From: a bacterium
Lineage (GTDB): Bacteria > Electryoneota > Electryoneia > Electryoneales > Electryoneaceae
Direction of reading: 5' to 3'
DNA: 64,000 bases
Assembly: GCA_963675295.2 (NCBI GenBank)
Contig: CAXXKJ010000002.1
Coordinates: 2,144,001 to 2,208,000, forward strand
Shown: positions 17,186 to 25,576 of the stretch, in pieces
Layout of the letters: the number at the start of each line of letters is the position of its first letter
Numbering within the stretch: the stretch's first letter is position 1
Made by a program: the position numbers and the translations under genes
Notes under the pieces: generated by a model
Seen by the model: the letters and a program-made list of their open reading frames with translations, nothing else
What the model was told of the DNA's origin: nothing
The model's database searches: none

Positions 17186-20128
17186 CTATTTCAGCAGCAT
17201 CGCCTTGCGGGTGACGGTTTCCGTGCCGTACCACACCTGCACCAGGTACAGCCCGCTGGCGAGGTTGTGTTGACCGGCGTCGAACGTCCATTTCGTCTGA
17301 CCCGCGCCACGCTCGCGCAGCGTTTCCGCCGCCACCTGCCGCCCGAGCACATCGACCACACGAATCCGCACGTCGCCGCGTGACGGCAGCTGCAATGTCA
17401 TCGTGAACGACGGATTGAACGGGTTCGGGGAAATATTCAACGTGAATGCCGCCGGCAGCATCTCTCCGCTTTCCAGTGTTTCGCTGTGTCTTTCCTTTTC
17501 TCTGGTCAAATCACGTGCGAAGGACGGCGGCGGATTCGGCTTATCCCAGCCGGTTAGAGCCCAGGTCTCGCAGGATTCATCAAACTGAGGGATTTCTGCA
17601 GGTGTCCTGGCTGCTCGCGATGCTGTTGTTCCTAATGCCAGCTTGGTAAACTGAAAAGTATCCTGCGTCGCTACCAGGTCCGGGTGAACACCAACTTTAG
17701 CGGTGAAGGTATAGGTTCCCGAGGGAGCGAAACGTGGTACGGCGAGTGACATCCATTGGCGAGCAAATGTTTGACCTGGAGTCAATTCCAGTGAATACAT
17801 CGCCACCGTTACCGTTGTGCCGCCGGGCAGTGTCGCCTCCGTCCAGGCATCAGCGATAAAGGTTTCCGGCAACGCATTTGTCAGTGTCACGTCGAAATAG
17901 ACTCGGCCGCCGAAGGGGGGAAGAGTCTGAGACGGTTCGAACGGGTCAAGCGTCAGGGTAACCGGCGCCAGCCAGTTAACTTCGGCAGGATCTGTGTGAT
18001 TCGATTCACCGCCGGCAAATAGGGCCGTGACCGTATAGCGAAACAGACCGTGGCCCGGTAACGTATCCAGGTACGTTGTAGTAGCCGACGTGCCGATCTG
18101 TATACCATTCCTGTAAATGCGATACTCGAGAACCTCCCCGCCACCTTGAGGTTCATCCCAGGCGATGGAGACTGTCCCATCTCCGTCAAGTACGGCCGTC
18201 AGATTCGACGGATCCTCGATACCTCCAATCACACTGGACAAATCGAGCTGGTAAAGACGAGTGCCAATGACAGCCCAGGCCGTGGGTCCCTCGGCGACAG
18301 TACGAATGACGTAGTTGGTACCTTGCAGACTGGCAATTTCCTGCGGATTTGTAAGCGTACTGACGTTGTAAACATGGAGGCCGCAGTCGTCGTACGGACC
18401 GACAATTGTAGCGTATAGCTGGTTCCCGTCGAATGCACCGCCGGTAAAATCCGCCTGCGAGCTGGTCAGTTCCGTGGCGATTGTCAAAGACGGACCTCTG
18501 GCGTCCACCAGGGTCAGACGCAAGTCATCCTGGCAGATCGCGATCCTGCTGTCCGAGACCGAAAACTGATGGGTGTAACGAGAAGTGCTGGATTCATAAT
18601 CGACATTGAGACTCTGCTCCAGCGTCGGATTCAAAGGACTGCTTACTGTGTATTTTCTCAAATATGGCTCATGCAATACGTACAGGTTCTCGTCTTCCAT
18701 CGCAAACCGGTCGGAGGGATCGAATCCGTTGACCTCGCCCAGAAGAGTCGGATTTGCCGGATTGGCAACATCGTATGCCTCAACTGTCCCGCCAGTCCTT
18801 AATCGGTAGAGGATCTGGCCGTTCGTTTCGATTTCGTACGTCGCACTCTGGAAGTAACGGATCTGTTGGGGGTTTTGCGGATCCGTGAAGTCAAAAACAT
18901 AGAGTCCGGTGGGCACAGGCGTGTAGTGATTGCACACGTACAGGTAGTTCCCAACCCAGACCATGTCGGCGATCCGCCCACCATCGAGAATATGAGTGTC
19001 GACCGGGTGTTCCGGGTCTGACCAGTCGCTGACCCAGACACCGTTCGAAGAACCGTATTCCTCAGCTGCCACCGCTATCAGGTTTCCCTGTCGTTCCACG
19101 CACGTCCTGAAGCCGGCTGTCCACCCGGCAGTTCCCAGCCATTCGGGATCTGAAAGGTTTGCGACTCCATGAACAGCGATAGCCTCCTTCTCAGAGGAGC
19201 TGTAGACCACATTTCCATTGGTCGGGGAAGGAATAAGAAAGTCCGCCTGGTGATTCTCAATCGTCCCGGTCAATACAGGCAGTGACGTTCCAGAAACGCT
19301 GAAGAGCTTTAATGAGTAGCCACTCTCAACCAGCAGACGATTGTTGGTTACCGTCATTGCCTTTGACCCGTCCGGACAATTGATGGTATAGACAGTACCC
19401 AGATTTGCCAGGTCCGATGCTTCAACCGCCCGGATCTGGTCCTCCAATCCACTCAAGTAGATTACTCCGGAATCATAGGCGACGGATTCCTCAGCATGGT
19501 CCACCGAATTGTCGAGTTCGACAATTTGAGCCGGATTGCTGATGTCCAGTGTCACGAGATGGTCGTAAATGTTGTGGGCTGCAATCAGAACGTTTCCATC
19601 GTCTGAGAGATCGTAGCTGTGCAGCTCATACAGGCCGTTCTGATAGACAGTCTGCAGGTTCAATGGATCCGAAATGTCATAGACCCAGAGACCCTCGCCA
19701 TCTTCCGACCTGTACAGGTAGCCGTTGATGAGTTCAAGGAAGTCCGTTGTAAACGGCAGGTTCGCCACCTCACCGAGGTACTGTGGACTAGCTGGATCAC
19801 TGACATCATAGACCGTGGCGGGATCTTCAGGATAGGAATTGGCGTACAGGTACTGGTCGTTGACCGCCATCTGCCAGATGATATTTCCGGGTTCAAGTTC
19901 CGCCACTGGTTCCGGGTTGAATGGATCAGTGATGTCGACAATGGTGATCCCGGAGTACCGCCCGGCATGGAACAGGTAATTGCCTTGAATCTTGAACTCG
20001 TAGGTTTCTCCATAGACCTGTTTTAAGCTTTCTCCGGTAACATCGATATTCCACAGTTCCCACTGCTGGGCGGATGCAACCGTTGCCACAACGATGAGGG
20101 CGCTGGCGACGAAAACTGAAAGCTTCAT
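17186..20128 (-). CDS. Secreted LVIVD-repeat protein with Fn3-like and Ig-like domains and T9SS sorting domain
   Basis: Start MKLSVFVAS with GGAGG RBS; LVIVD repeats; PSNL...W..P...YRIYRNG...YTVTA Fn3-like segment; PNPFNP...TRKAMLLK tail. Confidence 0.85.
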   Translation of the reverse strand: MKLSVFVASALIVVATVASAQQWELWNIDVTGESLKQVYGETYEFKIQGNYLFHAGRYSGITIVDITDPFNPEPVAELEPGNIIWQMAVNDQYLYANSYPEDPATVYDVSDPASPQYLGEVANLPFTTDFLELINGYLYRSEDGEGLWVYDISDPLNLQTVYQNGLYELHSYDLSDDGNVLIAAHNIYDHLVTLDISNPAQIVELDNSVDHAEESVAYDSGVIYLSGLEDQIRAVEASDLANLGTVYTINCPDGSKAMTVTNNRLLVESGYSLKLFSVSGTSLPVLTGTIENHQADFLIPSPTNGNVVYSSSEKEAIAVHGVANLSDPEWLGTAGWTAGFRTCVERQGNLIAVAAEEYGSSNGVWVSDWSDPEHPVDTHILDGGRIADMVWVGNYLYVCNHYTPVPTGLYVFDFTDPQNPQQIRYFQSATYEIETNGQILYRLRTGGTVEAYDVANPANPTLLGEVNGFDPSDRFAMEDENLYVLHEPYLRKYTVSSPLNPTLEQSLNVDYESSTSRYTHQFSVSDSRIAICQDDLRLTLVDARGPSLTIATELTSSQADFTGGAFDGNQLYATIVGPYDDCGLHVYNVSTLTNPQEIASLQGTNYVIRTVAEGPTAWAVIGTRLYQLDLSSVIGGIEDPSNLTAVLDGDGTVSIAWDEPQGGGEVLEYRIYRNGIQIGTSATTTYLDTLPGHGLFRYTVTALFAGGESNHTDPAEVNWLAPVTLTLDPFEPSQTLPPFGGRVYFDVTLTNALPETFIADAWTEATLPGGTTVTVAMYSLELTPGQTFARQWMSLAVPRFAPSGTYTFTAKVGVHPDLVATQDTFQFTKLALGTTASRAARTPAEIPQFDESCETWALTGWDKPNPPPSFARDLTREKERHSETLESGEMLPAAFTLNISPNPFNPSFTMTLQLPSRGDVRIRVVDVLGRQVAAETLRERGAGQTKWTFDAGQHNLASGLYLVQVWYGTETVTRKAMLLK

Positions 20129-20306
20129 TGATTGGTTCCTCCCGGAATAATGGAAATCGACGTCATCGAAACAGCGGGCGCCACACAGACCGGCTGACCC
20201 GGGTCGTCGTGCGCCCCGGGCTTCCTCGTTGTACCCCTTTAAACGACATGCCCCAGACATTCATGTCTGGGCTACTCCGCGCTTACATCCAGACGCAGGC
20301 GCCGCC

Positions 20307-22766
20307 TCACTTCAGCAGCATCGCCTTGCGGGTGACGGTTTCCGTGCCGAACCGCACCTGCACCAAGTACAGGCCGCTGGCGAGGTTGTGTTGACCGGCG
20401 TCGAACGTCCATTTGGTCTGACCTGCATAACGCCCGCGCAGCGTTTCCGCCGCCACCTCCCGGCCGAGCACATCGAACACGCGGATCCGCACGTCCTCAT
20501 TGGTCGGCAACTGCAATGTCATCGTGAATGTCGGATTGAACGGATTCGGCGTCACCGCACTCACCTCGAAGCGGGTGGGCAGGGCGGAGGACGCGGTGAC
20601 TGTCAGCGAAGTGACCGGCCGTTCCCCGAATCGGGGCTTCACACCCGCGATGACACAAGCCAATTTATTCTGATGGCTGTCCCGAATCTGGACGGTCATT
20701 TCCGACCCGGCGGCGAACCCCGGGATGCCCAGCGCACGGTCGCCTTCCCAGCAGATCAGCGTCGCGCTGCCGGTTTCGTCGATGAATCCACTGCCGACGA
20801 CGGTTCCGTCCGCCAGCAGTTCAACGATCTCCGCGTCACGCTCGATCAGGCTTTCGTCCACCTGCACCCGTGCCAGCCAGCCGATCCCGCTGGACGGTGG
20901 GGCGGAAGGGGCCGCTGGAAGCGTTGCACGCGGCGTGGCGATGATTTCCGCGTCTGTCTGTTGGCTGTTGTAAGTGAAGTTGACGTCATGGTTTACCCAG
21001 ATGCGGTAACCGTCGCCCGGCACCATCTCCGGCAGGGTCTGCATCACGCCCGGCCACCAGAACTCGCCGTTATCGTTCATCAGCACCACAACTTGATCCA
21101 CGATATCCGCCAGCGCCACCGCCGGATTACTCGGCTCGGACAAGGTGTACGCGAGGTAATTCCATTGCCCGGTCTCGAGCGTGTGGATCAGGTTTGGCGA
21201 GAGTGGAGCGCCGGTGAGGTGCAACGTGATCGGGGCGGAACTGTAAACTCCGTATCCCTCGCGCGGATCGGCAACGGTCAGGTTGCCCATCCCACTGGGT
21301 AGCCAGAGTCCGCCGTGATCGTTGACCGCCGCCTGAATGGTCGCCGCCGAACCGAACACGTTGTCTGCGTTCGTCCACGCTGGTCGCAAATTGAAAGAAA
21401 TCAGTTCCCATCGGTCACCGGACAGGTACACCGTCTGTTCCTGCTCCTGAAGGCCATGTAGCATCGACACGCTGGATCCGATTCCGGTACCGAAGTAGCC
21501 GTTGCCGACGGCGAACTCGGCGGACGCCGGGTGTTCTTGCTCTGAATCCCGGCACCAGATCCGGAACTGAATACGTTCTCCCGGCACAAAGCCTGGCAAC
21601 TCGCCGGGCTGTTGCTGCCATGCCATCACCGCCAGCGGCCACGTACCGGTTACACGTGCTGCGCCGACACAGAGATTATTGTCATACAAGGCGATCTCAT
21701 CGCCGGGTTGCAACGGTGTCCCTTCGAAATCAGCCTGCTGTATTGCCACCGGATAACCCAGCCCCGTCGCAGCAACGGGATTGAAGTGGGTGATCGGTGC
21801 GGATTCGATCGCGGGCAGGTAGCTGACGAGGTTGTAGTCCCAGGTATCGTCGGGGATATAGATCATGTACGGGCCGGCGTGGGCGGCATTTGAGTTGTAC
21901 GTGCTGAAGTTGAAGTTTCCGCGCTGAACGAGGTTGTCCGCGTAAGTCAGGTCAAAGATGCGCCCATCATAATAGCCGAAATTCTCATGAAAGTAGTCGA
22001 ACATAACCCAATTGTCATGTTGGCCCAATTGCACGAAATGATCGATGTTCGTGATTTCCATGATCGCCAGGAAACCGTAGTTGTACTCGTTGTTGAAGGC
22101 CTGGTAATAGAGTCGGCCATCCTGAATGCCCAGCTTGTCCGTGTTGCGGATGTGCAACGAATGGAAGGTTTCGGCCAGGTAGGGTGCGGTCGGATCATGC
22201 ACGTCGATGATGCTGATGATTTCATATCCTTCCTTTTTCAAGAAAAGGAAATCATCGTAAAACGCAAAATCACTGTAGGAAAATGTATTGATCTCCGACA
22301 AAAGCTGCGGATTCGTGTAGCTCGTATAATCGTAAATGCTGATCGAAGACGTAGAAAACGTGAACAAAAGGCTGTCTCGAAATACCATACGATTGGGATT
22401 CTCGACAAACAAACCAAGATCAACAGGATCACTCCATGAATTGACATAAAAGACCCGTGTTTCATTTGACATTCCCACATACAGAACATCACCAAACAAG
22501 TTGACTCGGTTGATCGTGTACGTCGTGGTTATCTCGCCGAGATAGATCGGGTTGAACAAGTCGGATACATCCCAGGCCCACAAATGCCAACCGAAATCGA
22601 AATACCAGGCCATCAGGACATCGTCCTCAAGTTTGATATCGGATGGAGCTTCCGGAAGTCCGAGATCGAGCGTTTGCACGATTTCCGTGTTCCAGTTCTG
22701 CGCATGCAGGGTGAGGGGCAGCAGAATGGCGGCGAACAGCAGCACAACAGCGGTGAGATGCTTCAT
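20307..22766 (-). CDS. Secreted protein with LVIVD-like repeats and T9SS sorting domain
   Basis: Start MKHLTAVV with GGAGG RBS; C-terminal ~80 aa nearly the same as the 17186 product. Confidence 0.85.
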   Translation of the reverse strand: MKHLTAVVLLFAAILLPLTLHAQNWNTEIVQTLDLGLPEAPSDIKLEDDVLMAWYFDFGWHLWAWDVSDLFNPIYLGEITTTYTINRVNLFGDVLYVGMSNETRVFYVNSWSDPVDLGLFVENPNRMVFRDSLLFTFSTSSISIYDYTSYTNPQLLSEINTFSYSDFAFYDDFLFLKKEGYEIISIIDVHDPTAPYLAETFHSLHIRNTDKLGIQDGRLYYQAFNNEYNYGFLAIMEITNIDHFVQLGQHDNWVMFDYFHENFGYYDGRIFDLTYADNLVQRGNFNFSTYNSNAAHAGPYMIYIPDDTWDYNLVSYLPAIESAPITHFNPVAATGLGYPVAIQQADFEGTPLQPGDEIALYDNNLCVGAARVTGTWPLAVMAWQQQPGELPGFVPGERIQFRIWCRDSEQEHPASAEFAVGNGYFGTGIGSSVSMLHGLQEQEQTVYLSGDRWELISFNLRPAWTNADNVFGSAATIQAAVNDHGGLWLPSGMGNLTVADPREGYGVYSSAPITLHLTGAPLSPNLIHTLETGQWNYLAYTLSEPSNPAVALADIVDQVVVLMNDNGEFWWPGVMQTLPEMVPGDGYRIWVNHDVNFTYNSQQTDAEIIATPRATLPAAPSAPPSSGIGWLARVQVDESLIERDAEIVELLADGTVVGSGFIDETGSATLICWEGDRALGIPGFAAGSEMTVQIRDSHQNKLACVIAGVKPRFGERPVTSLTVTASSALPTRFEVSAVTPNPFNPTFTMTLQLPTNEDVRIRVFDVLGREVAAETLRGRYAGQTKWTFDAGQHNLASGLYLVQVRFGTETVTRKAMLLK

Positions 22767-22921
22767 TTCATCCTCCCTGGATGATGATTCATGGTGCGCA
22801 AAGATTCGGCACCGTGCGGACATTGGGGGTTCGTTGTAATGTGGGGGAAACGTGCGGCGTGGTCAAGCAAACCGGAAAAAATCATAGGATTCCCGGCCGG
22901 CGTGTCTCGGCTGCTGAGACG

Positions 22922-22953
22922 AAAAACGGGGAACCGCATGGGCTCCCCGTCTT
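22922..22953 (-). terminator. Intrinsic terminator of infC-rpmI-rplT
   Basis: Minus strand ACGGGGAGCCC-ATGC-GGTTCCCCGT followed by a T-run. Confidence 0.7.
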
Positions 22954-22991
22954 GATCTCAGGGTACATAAGGATACAGCTGCCGTGTAGAC

Positions 22992-23339
22992 TCAGGCCTT
23001 GACCTGGTCGACGATCGCGGCGAAAGCGTCCGGATCGTGGTACGCGACATGGGCCAGCGCCTTGCGGTCGAGGCCGATGTTCTTTTCCTTGAGCGCGTGC
23101 ATGAACTGGGAGTAGCTCATCCCGTTCGCGCGCGTGGCTGCATTGATACGGGTGATCCACAGCTTGCGCATTTCACGGCGGCGGACCCGACGGTGCGCAT
23201 AGCTGTACTGGCCGGCGCGTTCGGTCAGCCGTGTCGCGGCGCGGATGGTCGATTTTCCACGTCCGAAGAACCCCTTGGCCCGCTTCAGTACTCTCTTGCG
23301 TCGCTGCTTGGACGCCGGGTTGTTGGTTGCCCGTGGCAT
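22992..23339 (-). CDS. rplT: 50S ribosomal protein L20
   Basis: MPRA...KRAKGFFG...LWITRINAA...LDRKALA. Confidence 0.97.
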   Translation of the reverse strand: MPRATNNPASKQRRKRVLKRAKGFFGRGKSTIRAATRLTERAGQYSYAHRRVRRREMRKLWITRINAATRANGMSYSQFMHALKEKNIGLDRKALAHVAYHDPDAFAAIVDQVKA

Positions 23340-23365
23340 ATCTGCACTCCTTCTTGCTCGAAATC

Positions 23366-23566
23366 TTAGTGGGACGGACCGATCATCCGTTCAACGCGCC
23401 TGACGTCCACCTTGGCTACGAGGCCGGCCTTGGCCAGTTTGCGCTTGCGGTCGCGTGCTTTCTTCGTCAGCATATGGCTTTTACAGCTCTTGTGACGACG
23501 AATCTTACCGGTGCCTGTGCGACGGAAGCGCTTAGCCGCGGCGCGATTGGTTCTCATCTTCGGCAT
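23366..23566 (-). CDS. rpmI: 50S ribosomal protein L35
   Basis: [21 protein letters not shown]; canonical position between infC and rplT. Confidence 0.97.
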   Translation of the reverse strand: MPKMRTNRAAAKRFRRTGTGKIRRHKSCKSHMLTKKARDRKRKLAKAGLVAKVDVRRVERMIGPSH

Positions 23567-23651
23567 CTGACTATCCTTGCATGTGCAAACAAAAAACCGG
23601 TTTCGGTTGTTCTGCCCCGGGACCGGTTTCGATTATCCACCGTGATCGGGC

Positions 23652-24200
23652 TTACTTCTTCTGGAAGGTCATCACCATGTTTCGGTGGCCTTCCATACCG
23701 ATCGGGCCCTCCAGCTTCGCGATGTCCTTGACTTCTTCCACGAAGCGATGCATCACTTCTTCACCCAGTTCCTTGTGGGTGATCATGCGGCCCTTGAACA
23801 TCAAGGTGATTTTCACCTTGTCGCCATCTTCAATAAACGATCGGATCGACCGGACCTTGGTCTGGAAGTCGTGGTCGTCAATCTTCGGCGAAACTCGAAT
23901 CTTCTTGATTTGTACGCTGTGTCCGCGTTTCCGGCTGTCTTTTTCCTTCTTCTGCAGCTCGTAACGGAACTTGCCGTAATCCATCACACGGCAAACGGGC
24001 GGTTTCGCGTTCGGGGCGACTTCGACGAGATCGAGTTCGCTGCCTTCGGCGATTTCCAGCGCCTTTTCCGTGGGTACGATGCCAACCTGCGTACCGTCCG
24101 CGTCGATGAGGCGAACCTCGGGGACACGTATTTGATCATTCACCCGGTGGGTGGGAGCCGCCGGCTCCGGTTTCCGGGGATTACTGCGTCCGTAAGCGAT
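23652..24200 (-). CDS. infC: Translation initiation factor IF-3, probable ATC start
   Basis: NDQIRVPEVRLI...LDLVEVAP...PPVCRVMDYGK; in-frame ATC at 24200 preceded by GAGG, with an in-frame TGA two codons upstream. Confidence 0.93.
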   Translation of the reverse strand: MAYGRSNPRKPEPAAPTHRVNDQIRVPEVRLIDADGTQVGIVPTEKALEIAEGSELDLVEVAPNAKPPVCRVMDYGKFRYELQKKEKDSRKRGHSVQIKKIRVSPKIDDHDFQTKVRSIRSFIEDGDKVKITLMFKGRMITHKELGEEVMHRFVEEVKDIAKLEGPIGMEGHRNMVMTFQKK

Positions 24201-24236
24201 AGTTCATCGTCCTCGTGGTGAATCTTGCTGATACAG

Positions 24237-24310
24237 TGGGCGTTACTGGAGTCGAACCAGTGACCTCTGCCATGTCAAGACAGCGCTCTAACCAACTGAG
24301 CTAAACGCCC
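24237..24310 (-). tRNA. tRNA-Val (GAC)
   Basis: GGGCGTTTAGCTCAGTTGGTTAGAGC...CTGTC-TTGACAT-GGCAG...GGTTCGACTCC; CCA not encoded. Confidence 0.95.
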
Positions 24311-24401
24311 GAAGGTACAACGAACCGGTGAATTCAGACAATGCCGGTCAGGAAGTTTGCAGAGCAAGCCGGGCGGATGGTATCCGGCCACCCGTTCCCG
24401 C

Positions 24402-24487
24402 TGGTGCCGGGAGCCGGACTCGAACCGGCACGGGGAAACCCCCGGGAGATTTTAAGTCTCCTGCGTCTGCCATTTCGCCACCCCGGC
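24402..24487 (-). tRNA. tRNA-Leu (TAA)
   Basis: GCCGGGGTGGCGAAATGGCAGACGC, anticodon arm GGAGA-CTTAAAA-TCTCC, long variable arm, CCA end. Confidence 0.95.
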
Positions 24488-24585
24488 GTGTGCAGGTGGG
24501 GCGGGAAACGGAGGAGCCGGTGATGCTGGCCCATCCATGGTCGTCAAAGAACCGTCCGGCGTACTTTCGTGCCGCTTCAAACACC

Positions 24586-24661
24586 TGGAGGCGGCGGCCG
24601 GATTCGAACCGGCGAATAAAGGTTTTGCAGACCTTCGCCTTAGCCACTTGGCCACGCCGCC
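24586..24661 (-). tRNA. tRNA-Cys (GCA)
   Basis: GGCGGCGTGGCCAAGTGG, AAGGT-CTGCAAA-ACCTT, GGTTCGAATCC, CCA end. Confidence 0.95.
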
Positions 24662-24755
24662 TTGTGGTCAGTATCGACCATTACCAAACGGTAATGTACC
24701 TCGGCGAGGTGGAAAAACCCCGGACCAGGCGTCCTTGGGGACCCTCACCCGGGGC

Positions 24756-24831
24756 TGGAGCGAGAGACGGGACTCGAACCCGCGACAACCACGTTGGCAA
24801 CGTGGAGCTCTACCAACTGAGCTACTCTCGC
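24756..24831 (-). tRNA. tRNA-Gly (GCC)
   Basis: GCGAGAGTAGCTCAGTTGGTAGAGC, CCACG-TTGCCAA-CGTGG, CCA end; classic Gly-Cys-Leu cluster. Confidence 0.95.
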
Positions 24832-24933
24832 TAGCTGTCAACCGTATGAGAAACCGAAAAACTCTCATACGTTTTTGCAACGACCGGAGAAGGTAACTCC
24901 GGCCATTCTGGAATGCAAGATCCCCTGAGTACG

Positions 24934-25006
24934 TGGAGCCTAGCGGGATCGAACCGCTGACCTCCTGAATGCCATTCAGGCGCTCTCCCAGCTGAGCTAA
25001 GGCCCC
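24934..25006 (-). tRNA. tRNA-Ala (GGC)
   Basis: GGGGCCTTAGCTCAGCTGGGAGAGC, CCTGA-ATGGCAT-TCAGG, GGTTCGATCCC. Confidence 0.95.
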
Positions 25007-25106
25007 GAAACCACTCGCGGAAGTTCAAGCATCCCGTTTCGCGAGCGGCTGAGAATATACGAGGGGTGATACACCCTGTCAAGCGGAGCGACGGAGGCGA
25101 TTTGCC

Positions 25107-25547
25107 TCACCCTTGCACCACCAGCACTGGAATCGGAGAATTCCGTACGACTCGTTCCGCGACCGACCCCAGCAACATCTTGCCAATGTTGCCCCGGCCA
25201 CGGGTCGCCATCACTACGACATCCCCGGCAACCTCTTCGATCACACTGATAATCTTGTGGCGCGGGTTTCCCTCCCGAATCACGATCTCGATCGGAACAT
25301 CCACAGAGAACTGTTCGAGGGCTTCTTCAATCGACTTCCGGGCCTTGGCGGCACGTTCCTTGACCACCTCGTTGAAATGCTCAACGGAGACACGCAGGAA
25401 TTGCCGTTCATCGTGACTGATAAACTCCTCGTGCATGTTGATAATGGTAATCTTGCCGCCGTAGGTCTGCGCCAGGTTCAATGCGACCGGGAACGCGGCA
25501 AACGAGGCCTCGGAACCATCCGTCGGAAATAGAATATGCTTGAACAT
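25107..25547 (-). CDS. Universal stress protein (UspA family)
   Basis: ILFPTDGS...VVMATRGRG...LGSVAERVVRNSPIPVLVV. Confidence 0.93.
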   Translation of the reverse strand: MFKHILFPTDGSEASFAAFPVALNLAQTYGGKITIINMHEEFISHDERQFLRVSVEHFNEVVKERAAKARKSIEEALEQFSVDVPIEIVIREGNPRHKIISVIEEVAGDVVVMATRGRGNIGKMLLGSVAERVVRNSPIPVLVVQG

Positions 25548-25576
25548 GAAACTCTCCCCTTAAACTCTTCCCCGGA

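Noticed and set aside
5246-22766. Diversity-generating retroelement or integron as the cause of the repeated gene tails
   Set aside because: No reverse transcriptase or integrase in the window; differences between repeat copies look mostly synonymous rather than adenine-specific; no recognisable attC sites
24328-25082. ORFs overlapping the tRNA cluster
   Set aside because: The region is explained by five tRNA genes
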